This document shows, one piece after another, positions 23,913 through 32,000 of a stretch of 32,000 bases of DNA. Under the pieces are notes generated by a model. It had not been told where the DNA came from and made no database searches. It worked only from the letters and a program-made list of their open reading frames with translations. The position numbers and the translations under genes are program-made. The first letter of the stretch is position 1; each line of letters opens with the position of its first letter. The stretch is from Haloferax volcanii DS2 (lineage in GTDB: Archaea > Halobacteriota > Halobacteria > Halobacteriales > Haloferacaceae). The stretch covers positions 60,001 to 92,000 of the forward strand of contig NC_013966.1 in NCBI RefSeq assembly GCF_000025685.1, written 5' to 3'.

Positions 23913-25046
23913 TTAGATACCGAGTATATCTTCGGCGTTCTTGTGTAAGACCGCGTCGCGAAGGTCCTCGTCGAACGCGCGGGACGTGTAGAACCACGTC
24001 GGCGGGTCGAGCGTCTGGTGCGGCCAGTCGCTCGAGTAGATGAACGTGTCCTCCGCCATACTCAGCTCGAGTAGATTCCTTGCTTGTCCGGACCCTCGCG
24101 GAAGTGCGAGCGGTTGGGTCGTCACGTAGATGTTGTCGCGGAGGTATTCGCTCGGACGTCGGTCAAGGTACTCCTCGCCGTCTTCGTGCTTCCGGGGGGT
24201 GATTCTGATGTCGTCGGGGTGCATCTCGTAGAATTCGTCCATTCGGTAGCGCAGGAACGGGAGCCACCAGTGGCCACCCTCCTGAAAGACGACGTTGAGG
24301 TCAGGATACCGGTCGAACACGCCTCGCATAATCATGTTCACGATGTTTACCATCGTGTGGACGGGCCAATCGAACCCGAGTACCTCGGTCCACGTCAGCA
24401 TCTCGTCACCGACGTAGGAGTGCTGTGGCCAGTACGCGAGCGACCCGTGCAGGAGGAGTGGAAGGTCGTGTTCGACGAGTGCTTCGAACACCGGCTCGAA
24501 CTGTTCGCTTCCCCACGGCGTCTTGGGGTCGAACCACGAGTACGCGGCGACGATATTGTCCTCCGATGCGACGCGCTCGATTTCTTCAACCGCGTATTCG
24601 GTGTCCCACTTCGGGACGAGCATTGAGGTGTAGACTCCCTCGTCCGCGAAGTTGTCGAGCATGTAATCATTGCCCGCCTGCACGATTCCGTTCTTCAGGA
24701 CGGGATGGTGCTGAAGCGGGAGATTGTTGATCCCGGCGTTGACGATGGGATCGTCGATGGCGAATTTCTCGCAGGCCTCGTGAACGTCTTCAGCATACTC
24801 CGCGCGTCCCTGCGTGAACAGTCCTTCATTGCCCTCTTTGATACCGTAGGCGGCGTCCCACTTGCCCATAATCGGTGTCGGACCGAACTCAGTCGTCAGC
24901 TTGTCTCTGACGACGTCGTCTTCCACGTACGACAACAACTCGTCCTCCAGTGGATTGACATGGAAGTCGAGATCGATGACTCGATCGTCGAACGCTTGAT
25001 CGGGTACCTCTGCTTGAGCATCTATTCGGCTAATTGGCGAGCCCAT
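23913..25046 (-). CDS. amidohydrolase-2 family metal-dependent hydrolase/decarboxylase (ACMSD/LigW-like)
   Basis: The track ORF starts at a TTG (25055). ATG 25046 (MGSPISRID...) has a TATA-like box 23 nt upstream. Motifs IDLDFHVNP, LLLHGS, VVFQEGGHWW, YSSDWPHQ. Confidence 0.85.
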   Translation of the reverse strand: MGSPISRIDAQAEVPDQAFDDRVIDLDFHVNPLEDELLSYVEDDVVRDKLTTEFGPTPIMGKWDAAYGIKEGNEGLFTQGRAEYAEDVHEACEKFAIDDPIVNAGINNLPLQHHPVLKNGIVQAGNDYMLDNFADEGVYTSMLVPKWDTEYAVEEIERVASEDNIVAAYSWFDPKTPWGSEQFEPVFEALVEHDLPLLLHGSLAYWPQHSYVGDEMLTWTEVLGFDWPVHTMVNIVNMIMRGVFDRYPDLNVVFQEGGHWWLPFLRYRMDEFYEMHPDDIRITPRKHEDGEEYLDRRPSEYLRDNIYVTTQPLALPRGSGQARNLLELSMAEDTFIYSSDWPHQTLDPPTWFYTSRAFDEDLRDAVLHKNAEDILGI

Positions 25047-25069
25047 GATAAACAACTGTGATATTACCG

Positions 25070-25075
25070 CATAAA
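25070..25075 (-). promoter_or_regulatory. TATA-like box for the amidohydrolase gene
   Basis: The minus strand reads TTTATG, then 23 nt, then ATG 25046. Confidence 0.35.
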
Positions 25076-25306
25076 TAAGTTATGTATATCAACCAATATT
25101 TCCAGTCACAAGTCGGGCAGTTCGGGCGAGTCGCTCCCTTCGACGGGGGCCGGTGAGAGGGAGAAAGGCTGTGGTTGGTGGACGGCTAGTGAGGCGAATC
25201 AATGACTGGGAACACGATACCGTCGGAGAGTTGCGAACCTACGGAGCCGATTCGTCGCTTGAACAAGACTGCTATTGAAATAGGTTATAATTATTTTCTC
25301 AGGTAG

Positions 25307-25314
25307 TTTTATAC
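25307..25314 (+). promoter_or_regulatory. TATA-like box for the membrane-protein gene
   Basis: TTTTATAC, then 23 nt, then ATG 25338. Confidence 0.35.
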
Positions 25315-25337
25315 CCGATGATGAACTCTGACGAGTT

Positions 25338-26798
25338 ATGCTCGGTAGCCAAGCATGGGAGAGCGAAGACCACGTATCCGACGCATCGGTGAGAGCCGAG
25401 GAAAAGTCGATTTCCGATGTAGACTTCGGTCGAAACGGATGGAGACCGATAGTTCGGTTCATCGTCGCGTTTCTGACTGGGGGATTCGTCTTCCTGTTTC
25501 CCATACAGTGGAACGGTCAGACGACGATTCCACTCGACGTCATCTTGACGCTCATCCAGAACGCATCGATAGCCGCCGTCGAACTGTTCGCACTCGGCAT
25601 CATCATCGTGGGGGGTGTGTTGACGACTGTCGCCAACGTTCACTATCGTGGCACGCCGACGTTTAGCCAACAAACGGTCGATCGACTCGAGTTGGAGTAC
25701 TGGCGTACAGCGTCGGTGTTCGTTCTGTTCAGACTCGCGGCGGTCTTCTTCGCGTTCGCGATTCTGTTCGACATCGGGCCGGCGTGGATGCTTGCGGACC
25801 CCATTGTCAACATCGCCTGGGGCGCACTCGTCATCACGGTCGCGCTCGTAATACCGATCGGTGCCGTCTTCGTCAATCTACTCGCGGAACTCGGAGGACT
25901 CCAGTTCATTGGTACGTTGGCACAACCGGTAATGCGGCCAGCATTCAAACTCCCAGGGCAGTCAGCACTCGATAGCGCAGCATCGTGGCTCGGATCGTTC
26001 AGTATTGGCTACTACCTCACTCGGAACGTGTTCGACCGGGGCGGATACAACAAGCGTGAGGTGTTCGTCATCTGTACCTGCTTTGCAACGGCGAACTTAG
26101 GGACCGTCGGTGCGGTTGCGGCCATTCTCGGCCTGCTTCACATTTTCCCGGTCATCGTGCTTCTCTACACCATCGCGACCCTCGCCGTCGCGGCCATCCT
26201 CGTCCGGATTCCACCTCTCTCGATGGTGCCGAATGAGTACATTGCAGAGCCCGACCCAGAGCCTCGGTTTACTGGAACTGTTGGTGAGTATCTACGGTTC
26301 GCGTTCAACGAGGGCGTCTCGACGGCGGCGAACGGTGACTCGATACCCCGCGCGTCGTTTACTGGCTTCATCGATGGTCTGAAGCTTGCCGGTACGGTCG
26401 TCGGTTCCGTGTTGACGATGTCGATGGTTGTTCTCCTGCTTGAGGCGTACACGCCGGCGTTCGAATACATTGCCGAACCGTTCGTTCCGCTGCTGTCTCT
26501 GTTTGGGATTCCGGATCCGAAACTGGCCACTATCGGTATCATCCTGGGCGGAGCGGAGTTCTTCATCGGCAGCACGTTCGTCGTCCAGGCGGACTTAGTC
26601 ACGCAGGTGTTCGTCTTGATCGTCACGAGTGCGCAGGCCATCTTCTTTTCTGCACCGGCACCGATGATGGTCGATATGTTCGACGACGTGCCGATGCGGT
26701 TCCGCGACCTCTTTCTCCTCTTGGTCATGCGTACCGTGCTCCTCATTCCGATTGCCGCGGCACTGACGCATGCGGCGGACACGCTTGGCCTGATATAG
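25338..26798 (+). CDS. polytopic membrane protein, nucleoside-recognition (Gate) domain / YjiH-like putative transporter
   Basis: 486 aa with many TM helices. FVNLLAELGGLQFIGTLAQPVMRPAFKLPGQSALDSAASWLGS resembles the Gate-domain signature. Confidence 0.75.
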   Translation: MLGSQAWESEDHVSDASVRAEEKSISDVDFGRNGWRPIVRFIVAFLTGGFVFLFPIQWNGQTTIPLDVILTLIQNASIAAVELFALGIIIVGGVLTTVANVHYRGTPTFSQQTVDRLELEYWRTASVFVLFRLAAVFFAFAILFDIGPAWMLADPIVNIAWGALVITVALVIPIGAVFVNLLAELGGLQFIGTLAQPVMRPAFKLPGQSALDSAASWLGSFSIGYYLTRNVFDRGGYNKREVFVICTCFATANLGTVGAVAAILGLLHIFPVIVLLYTIATLAVAAILVRIPPLSMVPNEYIAEPDPEPRFTGTVGEYLRFAFNEGVSTAANGDSIPRASFTGFIDGLKLAGTVVGSVLTMSMVVLLLEAYTPAFEYIAEPFVPLLSLFGIPDPKLATIGIILGGAEFFIGSTFVVQADLVTQVFVLIVTSAQAIFFSAPAPMMVDMFDDVPMRFRDLFLLLVMRTVLLIPIAAALTHAADTLGLI

Positions 26799-26867
26799 CC
26801 CCGGCCGGCGCTTGATAGTTGGCGCGTTCGAATCGCGGTGAAAAATCGTACTGAGGTTTCTCCCGTT

Positions 26868-27260
26868 TCAATCGGTCGTTTCGATTAGGACCGGTCGCTC
26901 TGACTTCAGGAGAACCTCCTGAGACACGCTCCCGAAGAGTGCTTTCCCCGCGGGTGACCGCTTCCGACCGGCGAGACTGATGATGTCGGCGTCGATACGC
27001 TCTGACATCTCGAGGATGCTTTGAACCGCATCCCCGCTCAACTGTTCGACTTTGACCGCAAACCCTGCCGCTTCGAGGTCACCGAGGGCCGCCTTGACCG
27101 ACTTAAGATTCTTCGCGTCGGCTCTGTCGTCGTCCGTACGGAAGACATGCAACACGGAGATGTGAGTGTCTTCCTTCTGTAGCGGGAGACTGGTTATGGT
27201 TTTGGCTTGCTTTTTGGCTCGTTCAACATCCGTGTCGACTGCAAGTAGAATCGTTGTCAT
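26868..27260 (-). CDS. universal stress protein (UspA family)
   Basis: I prefer ATG 27260 (MTTILLAVDTD...). ADIISLAGRKRSPAGKALFGSVSQEVLLKSERPVLI is the Usp C-terminal ATP-binding motif. The 70-aa N-terminal extension in the track ORF is basic and unlike the genuine proteins here. Confidence 0.85.
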   Translation of the reverse strand: MTTILLAVDTDVERAKKQAKTITSLPLQKEDTHISVLHVFRTDDDRADAKNLKSVKAALGDLEAAGFAVKVEQLSGDAVQSILEMSERIDADIISLAGRKRSPAGKALFGSVSQEVLLKSERPVLIETTD

Positions 27261-27487
27261 GGTTTCGCTGTCGGGTGGTTCGAGCAATTGGCTCGCAATC
27301 GCCTTACGCCACTCGCACGACTGTACGAATGACAGCTTGTAACATAGTTCTTTATACCGACTCTCGAAACCCGAGAACGTCTTGAGGCTCACGTCACCCC
27401 TGAGGGCGGTGAGTACGCGTATCGGTTTGGCCCGGATTCGTGCTCTCGGATACGCTTCGCTACGTCTCACGACGCTGCGTCTGACGC

Positions 27488-27492
27488 AAAAA
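27488..27492 (-). terminator. oligo-T run downstream of the FAH gene
   Basis: The minus strand reads CCTTTTTGCG about 27 nt after the TAA at 27521..27519. Oligo-T tracts are the usual archaeal termination signal. Confidence 0.3.
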
Positions 27493-27518
27493 GGAAAGTG
27501 GCGCTACGTACTGCGACG

Positions 27519-28388
27519 TTACTGGCCGCCTTTCTGGACGTTCACGTCGGCGAAAGATAGGTCCCGTTGCGTGACGTCGACGGTCATCGATCCGACGCTC
27601 TCGATTTCGGCCTCGACGGTATCGCCGTCGTTGAGTTCGCTCACGCCTTCTGGCGTTCCCGTCGTGACGATGTCGCCGGTTTCGAGCGTCGCACCGATAC
27701 TCGCGTACTGGACGATGTCCGCACAGGTGTAGACCATATCGCTGGTATTCGCGTCTTGACGTGTCTCCCCGTTGAGGTCGAGCTGCATGTCCAGATTCTG
27801 CGGGTCGTCGATTTCGTCCGGGGTGACGACGCTCGGGCCGACGACGGTGAACGTGTCGTAGGACTTCCGGTTCGACCGGTCCTGGTCGCCGCGGACCGAG
27901 ATGTCGAGTAGGATGGTGTACCCGAAGATATTGTTCCAGGCCTCGTCGGAATCGACGTCCTTGGTGTCTTCGCCCATCACGAACGCGAGTTCGATTTCGT
28001 GGTCGACTCGACGGTCGTCGAACGGCAGTTCGATGCCGTGGTCCGGCCCGACGACGCTCGACGGCGCTTTTAGGAAGTACCCCTTGTCCTCGATCGAGAA
28101 CCACTCGTCTGTGGTGATGTCCTTATCCGCGATGGCTTCCTCGATGTGGTTCTCGTAGTTCAGGGGTGCCGCGATAACCTTACCGGGGCGCTTTACTGGC
28201 GACTTGATCTCGACTTCGCTTCTATCGTAGTCCGGTTCAGCATCGACGTATTCGTTGGCATCGTAGTCACCATTGATGTACTCGACGAGTGGGTCAGTGG
28301 TACCGAGTCCGAGGCGGTCGGTAAGGTCGACGATGCCGTCGTTAGTCAACAGTCCCAGGTGTTCCTGGTCGAATCTGACGAATCGCAT
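27519..28388 (-). CDS. fumarylacetoacetate hydrolase (FAH) family hydratase/decarboxylase/isomerase
   Basis: 289 aa. KVIAAPLNYENH, ELAFVMG, GYTILLDISVRG, and METGDIVTTGTPEGV-type C-terminus (LETGDIVTTGTPEGVSEL). Confidence 0.9.
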   Translation of the reverse strand: MRFVRFDQEHLGLLTNDGIVDLTDRLGLGTTDPLVEYINGDYDANEYVDAEPDYDRSEVEIKSPVKRPGKVIAAPLNYENHIEEAIADKDITTDEWFSIEDKGYFLKAPSSVVGPDHGIELPFDDRRVDHEIELAFVMGEDTKDVDSDEAWNNIFGYTILLDISVRGDQDRSNRKSYDTFTVVGPSVVTPDEIDDPQNLDMQLDLNGETRQDANTSDMVYTCADIVQYASIGATLETGDIVTTGTPEGVSELNDGDTVEAEIESVGSMTVDVTQRDLSFADVNVQKGGQ

Positions 28389-28411
28389 AATACCCTGTTC
28401 ACCCAGGTTGG

Positions 28412-28419
28412 TTATAAAA
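28412..28419 (-). promoter_or_regulatory. TATA box for the FAH gene
   Basis: The minus strand reads TTTTATAA, then 23 nt, then ATG 28388. Confidence 0.4.
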
Positions 28420-28430
28420 CATGCTGTTGG

Positions 28431-28452
28431 AGAAAATCTGCGAAGAGCAGAT
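28431..28452 (-). terminator. hairpin plus T-run after the oxidase gene
   Basis: The minus strand reads ATCTGC-TCTTC-GCAGAT followed by TTTCT, 56-77 nt downstream of the stop at 28508. Confidence 0.3.
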
Positions 28453-28507
28453 CTCGACGAGTCAACGTCGAGTAGCGGGTCTGTATGAAACCCCCACCAT
28501 ATGTGTG

Positions 28508-31500
28508 TTAGTTGGGGAGACAGTAGTCGAGTAGTTCAACCGGGGTCGGCGGCTCTTCGCGGTCGAGTTCCGTTCCAGACAACGAGCTCTCGGTGGTGAC
28601 TGCTTCGATACGGTCGTCGCTGAGTTGCGTCCGACAGGATGTTCCAGGGGCCGTGACGGCGGTTGCCTCACTTACCTCGATCTGCTCGAACAAGATCTCG
28701 CCGATCGATTTGCTGAGTGAATAATGCTCGGACTCGTAGCCGAAGCTCCCAGCCATACCGCAACAGCCCGAATCCAACGGGTCGACCTCGTAGCCGGCGC
28801 GCCGAAGGACACCGACGGCGTGGTGATCTTTCTTCACCGCCTTCTGGTGGCAGTGACCGTGGTAGGCGACCGACTCAGTCGTCGGCTCCCAGTCGACGTT
28901 CTCGCCGAGCCGGAAGGAGTCGAGGTATTCGCAAACTCCGTAGGCATTCGCTGCGAGGGATTCGACAGCGGGGCCATCGCATAAGTCGAGCGCGTCAGAC
29001 TGGAACATCACCGCGTCGGACGGCTCGGCGAGGACGACGTCCCAACCGTCTCTGACGTACGGTGCGAGTTCCGCGACGTTGCTTTCGACTGCGTCGCGCG
29101 ATTTTTCGACGAACCCCTTCGAGAGCGCCGGTCGACCGCTATCGGTGCGCTCAGCTAACCGAACGTGGACACCGGCGGCCTCAAGGACACGAACCGTCGC
29201 TTTTCCGACCTCCGTGTGACTGTAGTTGGTGTAACTGTCCACGAAGAAAACCGCCTTCCGCTCGGCGTTGCTCTCGGCGACGTGCGCACCGCCGCGGCTC
29301 TCGAACCAATCACGTACTGTCTCACGTTGGAACTCCGGAAGCGCCTGCTCGCGTGCGATCCCGAGCGTTTTCTCCGCAATCGTTCTCGCCCCCGGGATTG
29401 ACTGTGCAAGATTCGAAATCGGGGCGAGCGTGCTTCCGAGGGGAGCCAATGCGTCGAAGTTCGCGAAGAGCTTGTCACGGAGGCTCGACCCGTGTTCTTG
29501 GTGACGTGCGTGCATGACTTCGGTCTTCAGTTTCGCCATGTCGACTTCGCTCGGACAGTCGCGGGCACACCCCTTACAGCCGATACAGAGGTCAAGCACC
29601 TCCTCGGCGAACTCGTCGTCAGTCGGGTCGTCCGGTAGGTCCCCACTCATCGCTTGTCGAAGGAGATTCGCGCGCCCCCGCGTCGTCGTAATCTCTTCAC
29701 CGGCAGCGCGGTACGTCGGACACATCACGCCCCCGGACGTGTCTTGGCCCCCACGACACCCACCACAGCCGTGGCAAAGTTCTACCATCCCCTGCATGCC
29801 GTTTTCGTTCTCCCAGTTGAGCGATGGTTCGAATCCGGTGTCGTAGGAGTACTCGCCGTCGTACCGGAGGTGCTCGGTCATATCGTGGTCGCCACAGACG
29901 TTGCCAGGGTTGAGTAACCAGTCGGGGTCGAACGCGGTCTTCAGGTCACGGAAGGCGTCCCAGAGCGCGTCACCGTACAGTTTGCGGTTCCATTGAGTCC
30001 GCGCGCGACCGTCGCCGTGTTCGCCGGAGACGCTCCCGCCGAGTTCGACCACGAAGTCGGTCACAGCGTCGGCAATCTCGACCATGTCCCGTCGGTCCGC
30101 CGCGGCTTTCGTGTTCACGAGCGGGCGGACGTGCAAGACGCCCGGGCCGGCGTGCGCGTAAAACGCTGCGTCGACGTCGCGGTTCTTGGCTTCGAGCAGT
30201 GTTTGGAAGCGTTCAACGAACTCGGGGAGGTGCTCCGGTGGAATCGCACAATCCTCGATGAAACTAATGTGTTTCACATCGGACGTCCGAGAGAGCAGGA
30301 TGGGGAGACCGGCTTTCCGAAGCTTCCAGAACTGCTCTCTGTCAACCTCGCTGTGCGCTTCCACCCCGGCGAATGAGAACGTCTGTACGGTGTCTGGGTG
30401 GTCCTTCGGTGGCTCTACGTCCCCTTCTCCCTCGGAAACGCGGTCAGCGAGGAGCCCCGAAGTCAGCGACCGTCCGTGACCGTCGTCGTCGGCATAAAAC
30501 TCCACGAGTAGTCCCGCATGTGCGTCGTCCGGGACGAGCGCGGCAATCTCCTCGAAATCGGCGGTATCCCGCGCCAACCCGATAAGGACGTCGTCGATGA
30601 GTTCGACGGCCGCGGGGTCGTGTTCGAGGACGTGCTGCACGTCGGTCACGGCGTCGAGCACGCTCTCGTAGAACAGCAGCGAGACCGCCTTCGTCTCGGG
30701 GACCGGCTCTAAGGCGACCTTGGCTTCGGTGACGACCGCTAATGTCCCTTCGCTCCCCGCCATGAGCCGCGCGAGGTTGACTGTCCCCGTCTCGGCTTCT
30801 TCCACGAGAACGTCGAGGTTGTACCCGGAGACGTTGCGTTTCAACTCGGGGAACCGCGCTCTGACCTCATCGGCTTCGTCGTCGACGATGCGAACGACTT
30901 CGGCGTACACGCGTTGGAGAAGCGTGCCGTCGCTGTCGGCGCGCTCTCGGAGTTTATCGAGGTCCGTCTCGCCGAGCGTTGCGACCGTCCCGTCGGCCAA
31001 GACAACCTCACACTCCTCGACGTACGCGTCGGTCTTCCCATATTTGAGCGAGTGCGCGCCGGTTGAGTTGTTGCCGATGGCACCGCCGATGACGCTCCTG
31101 TCGCCGGCCGCGGGGTCGGGTGCGAACTTCAGTTCGTGTGGGGACAGCGCCTCGTTGAGTTCCGCGAGGACGACGCCGGATTGCACCTGAGCGTACCGTG
31201 CATCCGCATCGACCGACACGATGGTGTCCATGTACCGGGTGAAGTCGAGGACGACGGCCTCGTTGACCGCCTGTCCGGCCAGACTCGTTCCAGCACCCCG
31301 GGGGAGGACTGGGATTCCCCGTTCGGAGCAGTAAGAGACGACGGCAGCGGTATCCTCGGTCGATGTCGGGAATACGACGCCGATTGGCGTCTCTTCGTAC
31401 GCACTCGCGTCGGTTGCGTACAACTGCCGCGTGTACGTATCGAACCGAACGTCGCCGTCAACTCGCTCTCGAAGGTCGGAGACGAGCGCCGGCCGCTTGA

Positions 31501-31582
31501 CGTCGTTCGACGTGTGATCGTAGTTCGGTCGTTCGTCGGTGTGATCAGCAGACGTGCTGCGTTGGTCTAGACGGTTACTCAT
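28508..31582 (-). CDS. fused FAD-linked oxidase / 4Fe-4S / CCG-domain oxidoreductase (GlcD-GlcF or D-lactate dehydrogenase-like)
   Basis: I prefer ATG 31582 (MSNRLDQRST...). FAD-binding PRGAGTSLAGQAV, Fe-S clusters CHGCGGCRG and CIGCKGCARDCP, C-terminal CCG motifs (CCGMAGSFGY). Confidence 0.9.
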   Translation of the reverse strand: MSNRLDQRSTSADHTDERPNYDHTSNDVKRPALVSDLRERVDGDVRFDTYTRQLYATDASAYEETPIGVVFPTSTEDTAAVVSYCSERGIPVLPRGAGTSLAGQAVNEAVVLDFTRYMDTIVSVDADARYAQVQSGVVLAELNEALSPHELKFAPDPAAGDRSVIGGAIGNNSTGAHSLKYGKTDAYVEECEVVLADGTVATLGETDLDKLRERADSDGTLLQRVYAEVVRIVDDEADEVRARFPELKRNVSGYNLDVLVEEAETGTVNLARLMAGSEGTLAVVTEAKVALEPVPETKAVSLLFYESVLDAVTDVQHVLEHDPAAVELIDDVLIGLARDTADFEEIAALVPDDAHAGLLVEFYADDDGHGRSLTSGLLADRVSEGEGDVEPPKDHPDTVQTFSFAGVEAHSEVDREQFWKLRKAGLPILLSRTSDVKHISFIEDCAIPPEHLPEFVERFQTLLEAKNRDVDAAFYAHAGPGVLHVRPLVNTKAAADRRDMVEIADAVTDFVVELGGSVSGEHGDGRARTQWNRKLYGDALWDAFRDLKTAFDPDWLLNPGNVCGDHDMTEHLRYDGEYSYDTGFEPSLNWENENGMQGMVELCHGCGGCRGGQDTSGGVMCPTYRAAGEEITTTRGRANLLRQAMSGDLPDDPTDDEFAEEVLDLCIGCKGCARDCPSEVDMAKLKTEVMHARHQEHGSSLRDKLFANFDALAPLGSTLAPISNLAQSIPGARTIAEKTLGIAREQALPEFQRETVRDWFESRGGAHVAESNAERKAVFFVDSYTNYSHTEVGKATVRVLEAAGVHVRLAERTDSGRPALSKGFVEKSRDAVESNVAELAPYVRDGWDVVLAEPSDAVMFQSDALDLCDGPAVESLAANAYGVCEYLDSFRLGENVDWEPTTESVAYHGHCHQKAVKKDHHAVGVLRRAGYEVDPLDSGCCGMAGSFGYESEHYSLSKSIGEILFEQIEVSEATAVTAPGTSCRTQLSDDRIEAVTTESSLSGTELDREEPPTPVELLDYCLPN

Positions 31583-31754
31583 GGCCAATTGATTTGTCGA
31601 ATATCTCTGAGGAGTCGAACAATTCGCGGCAGTCCTCACATACCATCCGGTCTTGAATGGCGTACTCCCACAGTTTTCCGCCACAGTTCAAGCAGTCAAA
31701 GTGCGCTCTGACAAATGGATTTGCCTGTGCGTATGGATTCTCGAACTCCGCCAT
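31575..31754 (-). CDS. 59-aa zinc-ribbon protein, below the ORF-track length cutoff
   Basis: Hand translation base by base: MAEFENPYAQANPFVRAHFDCLNCGGKLWEYAIQDRMVCEDCRELFDSSEIFDKSIGHE. It has a CxxC-x14-CxxC pattern. Its TAA overlaps the oxidase ATG within ATGAGTAA. Confidence 0.5.
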   Translation of the reverse strand: MAEFENPYAQANPFVRAHFDCLNCGGKLWEYAIQDRMVCEDCRELFDSSEIFDKSIGHE

Positions 31755-31874
31755 ACACGTTGTCGTGGCGCCGAGTACATAAGCCTACCACCTGCAGTAA
31801 AACAACGTATGAAATATCTCTTAGCAGTAACAGCTGTCGTCCGTAGTGCTTGAACGCTCGCCGACAGCCGCGAT

Positions 31875-32000
31875 TACTGTGGTGCCGCCTCGGCGTAGAG
31901 GTTGAACGCCTCGAACACGGGACGGTCGGTCATCCCGAGGAGGATGGCCTCACCATCCGGATCATGGTGATGAATCTCGTCCGGTGCGACGACGAACACG
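31875..32000 (-). CDS. 3' end of an unidentified gene entering from the right edge
   Basis: The minus frame reads ...VFVVAPDEIHHHDPDGEAILLGMTDRPVFEAFNLYAEAAPQ, then TAA at 31877..31875. Too short to assign. Confidence 0.35.

Noticed and set aside
27460-28104. 214-aa minus-strand ORF and the plus-strand ORFs overlapping the FAH gene
   Set aside because: The translation is extremely Arg-rich (RRRxGPRHR...) and off-frame to a well-supported FAH-family gene, so this is a typical GC-rich shadow ORF. The same reasoning applies to the many ORFs overlapping 28508..31582.
1-32000. CRISPR arrays, rRNA genes and long tandem repeats
   Set aside because: Reading through the window I found no regularly spaced direct repeats and no rRNA-like conserved stretches. 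The only recurrent short elements are the IS terminal repeats, the two palindromes and the two composite motifs reported above.

Overview
By eye this is a haloarchaeal (class Halobacteria) accessory region, probably a plasmid or genomic island. The evidence is high GC, very acidic predicted proteins, ISH-type insertion sequences, an Orc1/Cdc6 gene, and TATA-like boxes about 23-26 nt upstream of several start codons. I saw no rRNA gene, intact tRNA gene or CRISPR array. Layout from left to right: (1) a partial tnpB (1-1230, minus). (2) A DNA-metabolism block: a RecA/RadB-like protein with a degenerate P-loop plus a coupled small protein, a metallophosphoesterase + DEDD-exonuclease operon bracketed by two copies of a perfect palindrome, an SRAP (YedK-like) gene, and Orc1/Cdc6 with ORB-like repeats upstream. 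(3) A visibly lower-GC block holding a McrBC-like module, whose 1098-aa McrB homologue carries three PUA/EVE-like modules. (4) An N6-adenine methyltransferase + PLD-SNF2 helicase operon clipped at both ends by two related IS4/ISH8-like elements. (5) A 3'-truncated MFS transporter gene that also has an ISH3-family element with a clean 5-bp target duplication inserted just upstream of its ATG. (6) A catabolic cluster: IclR regulator, Rieske protein, amidohydrolase-2, Gate-domain membrane protein, Usp, FAH-family hydrolase, a fused FAD/Fe-S oxidase, and an untracked 59-aa zinc-ribbon ORF. The best candidates for an uncharacterised system are the palindrome-bracketed phosphoesterase/exonuclease cassette, the triple-reader McrBC-like pair, and the IS-damaged methyltransferase/PLD-SNF2 operon. 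All family assignments come from motif recognition by eye, not from database searches.
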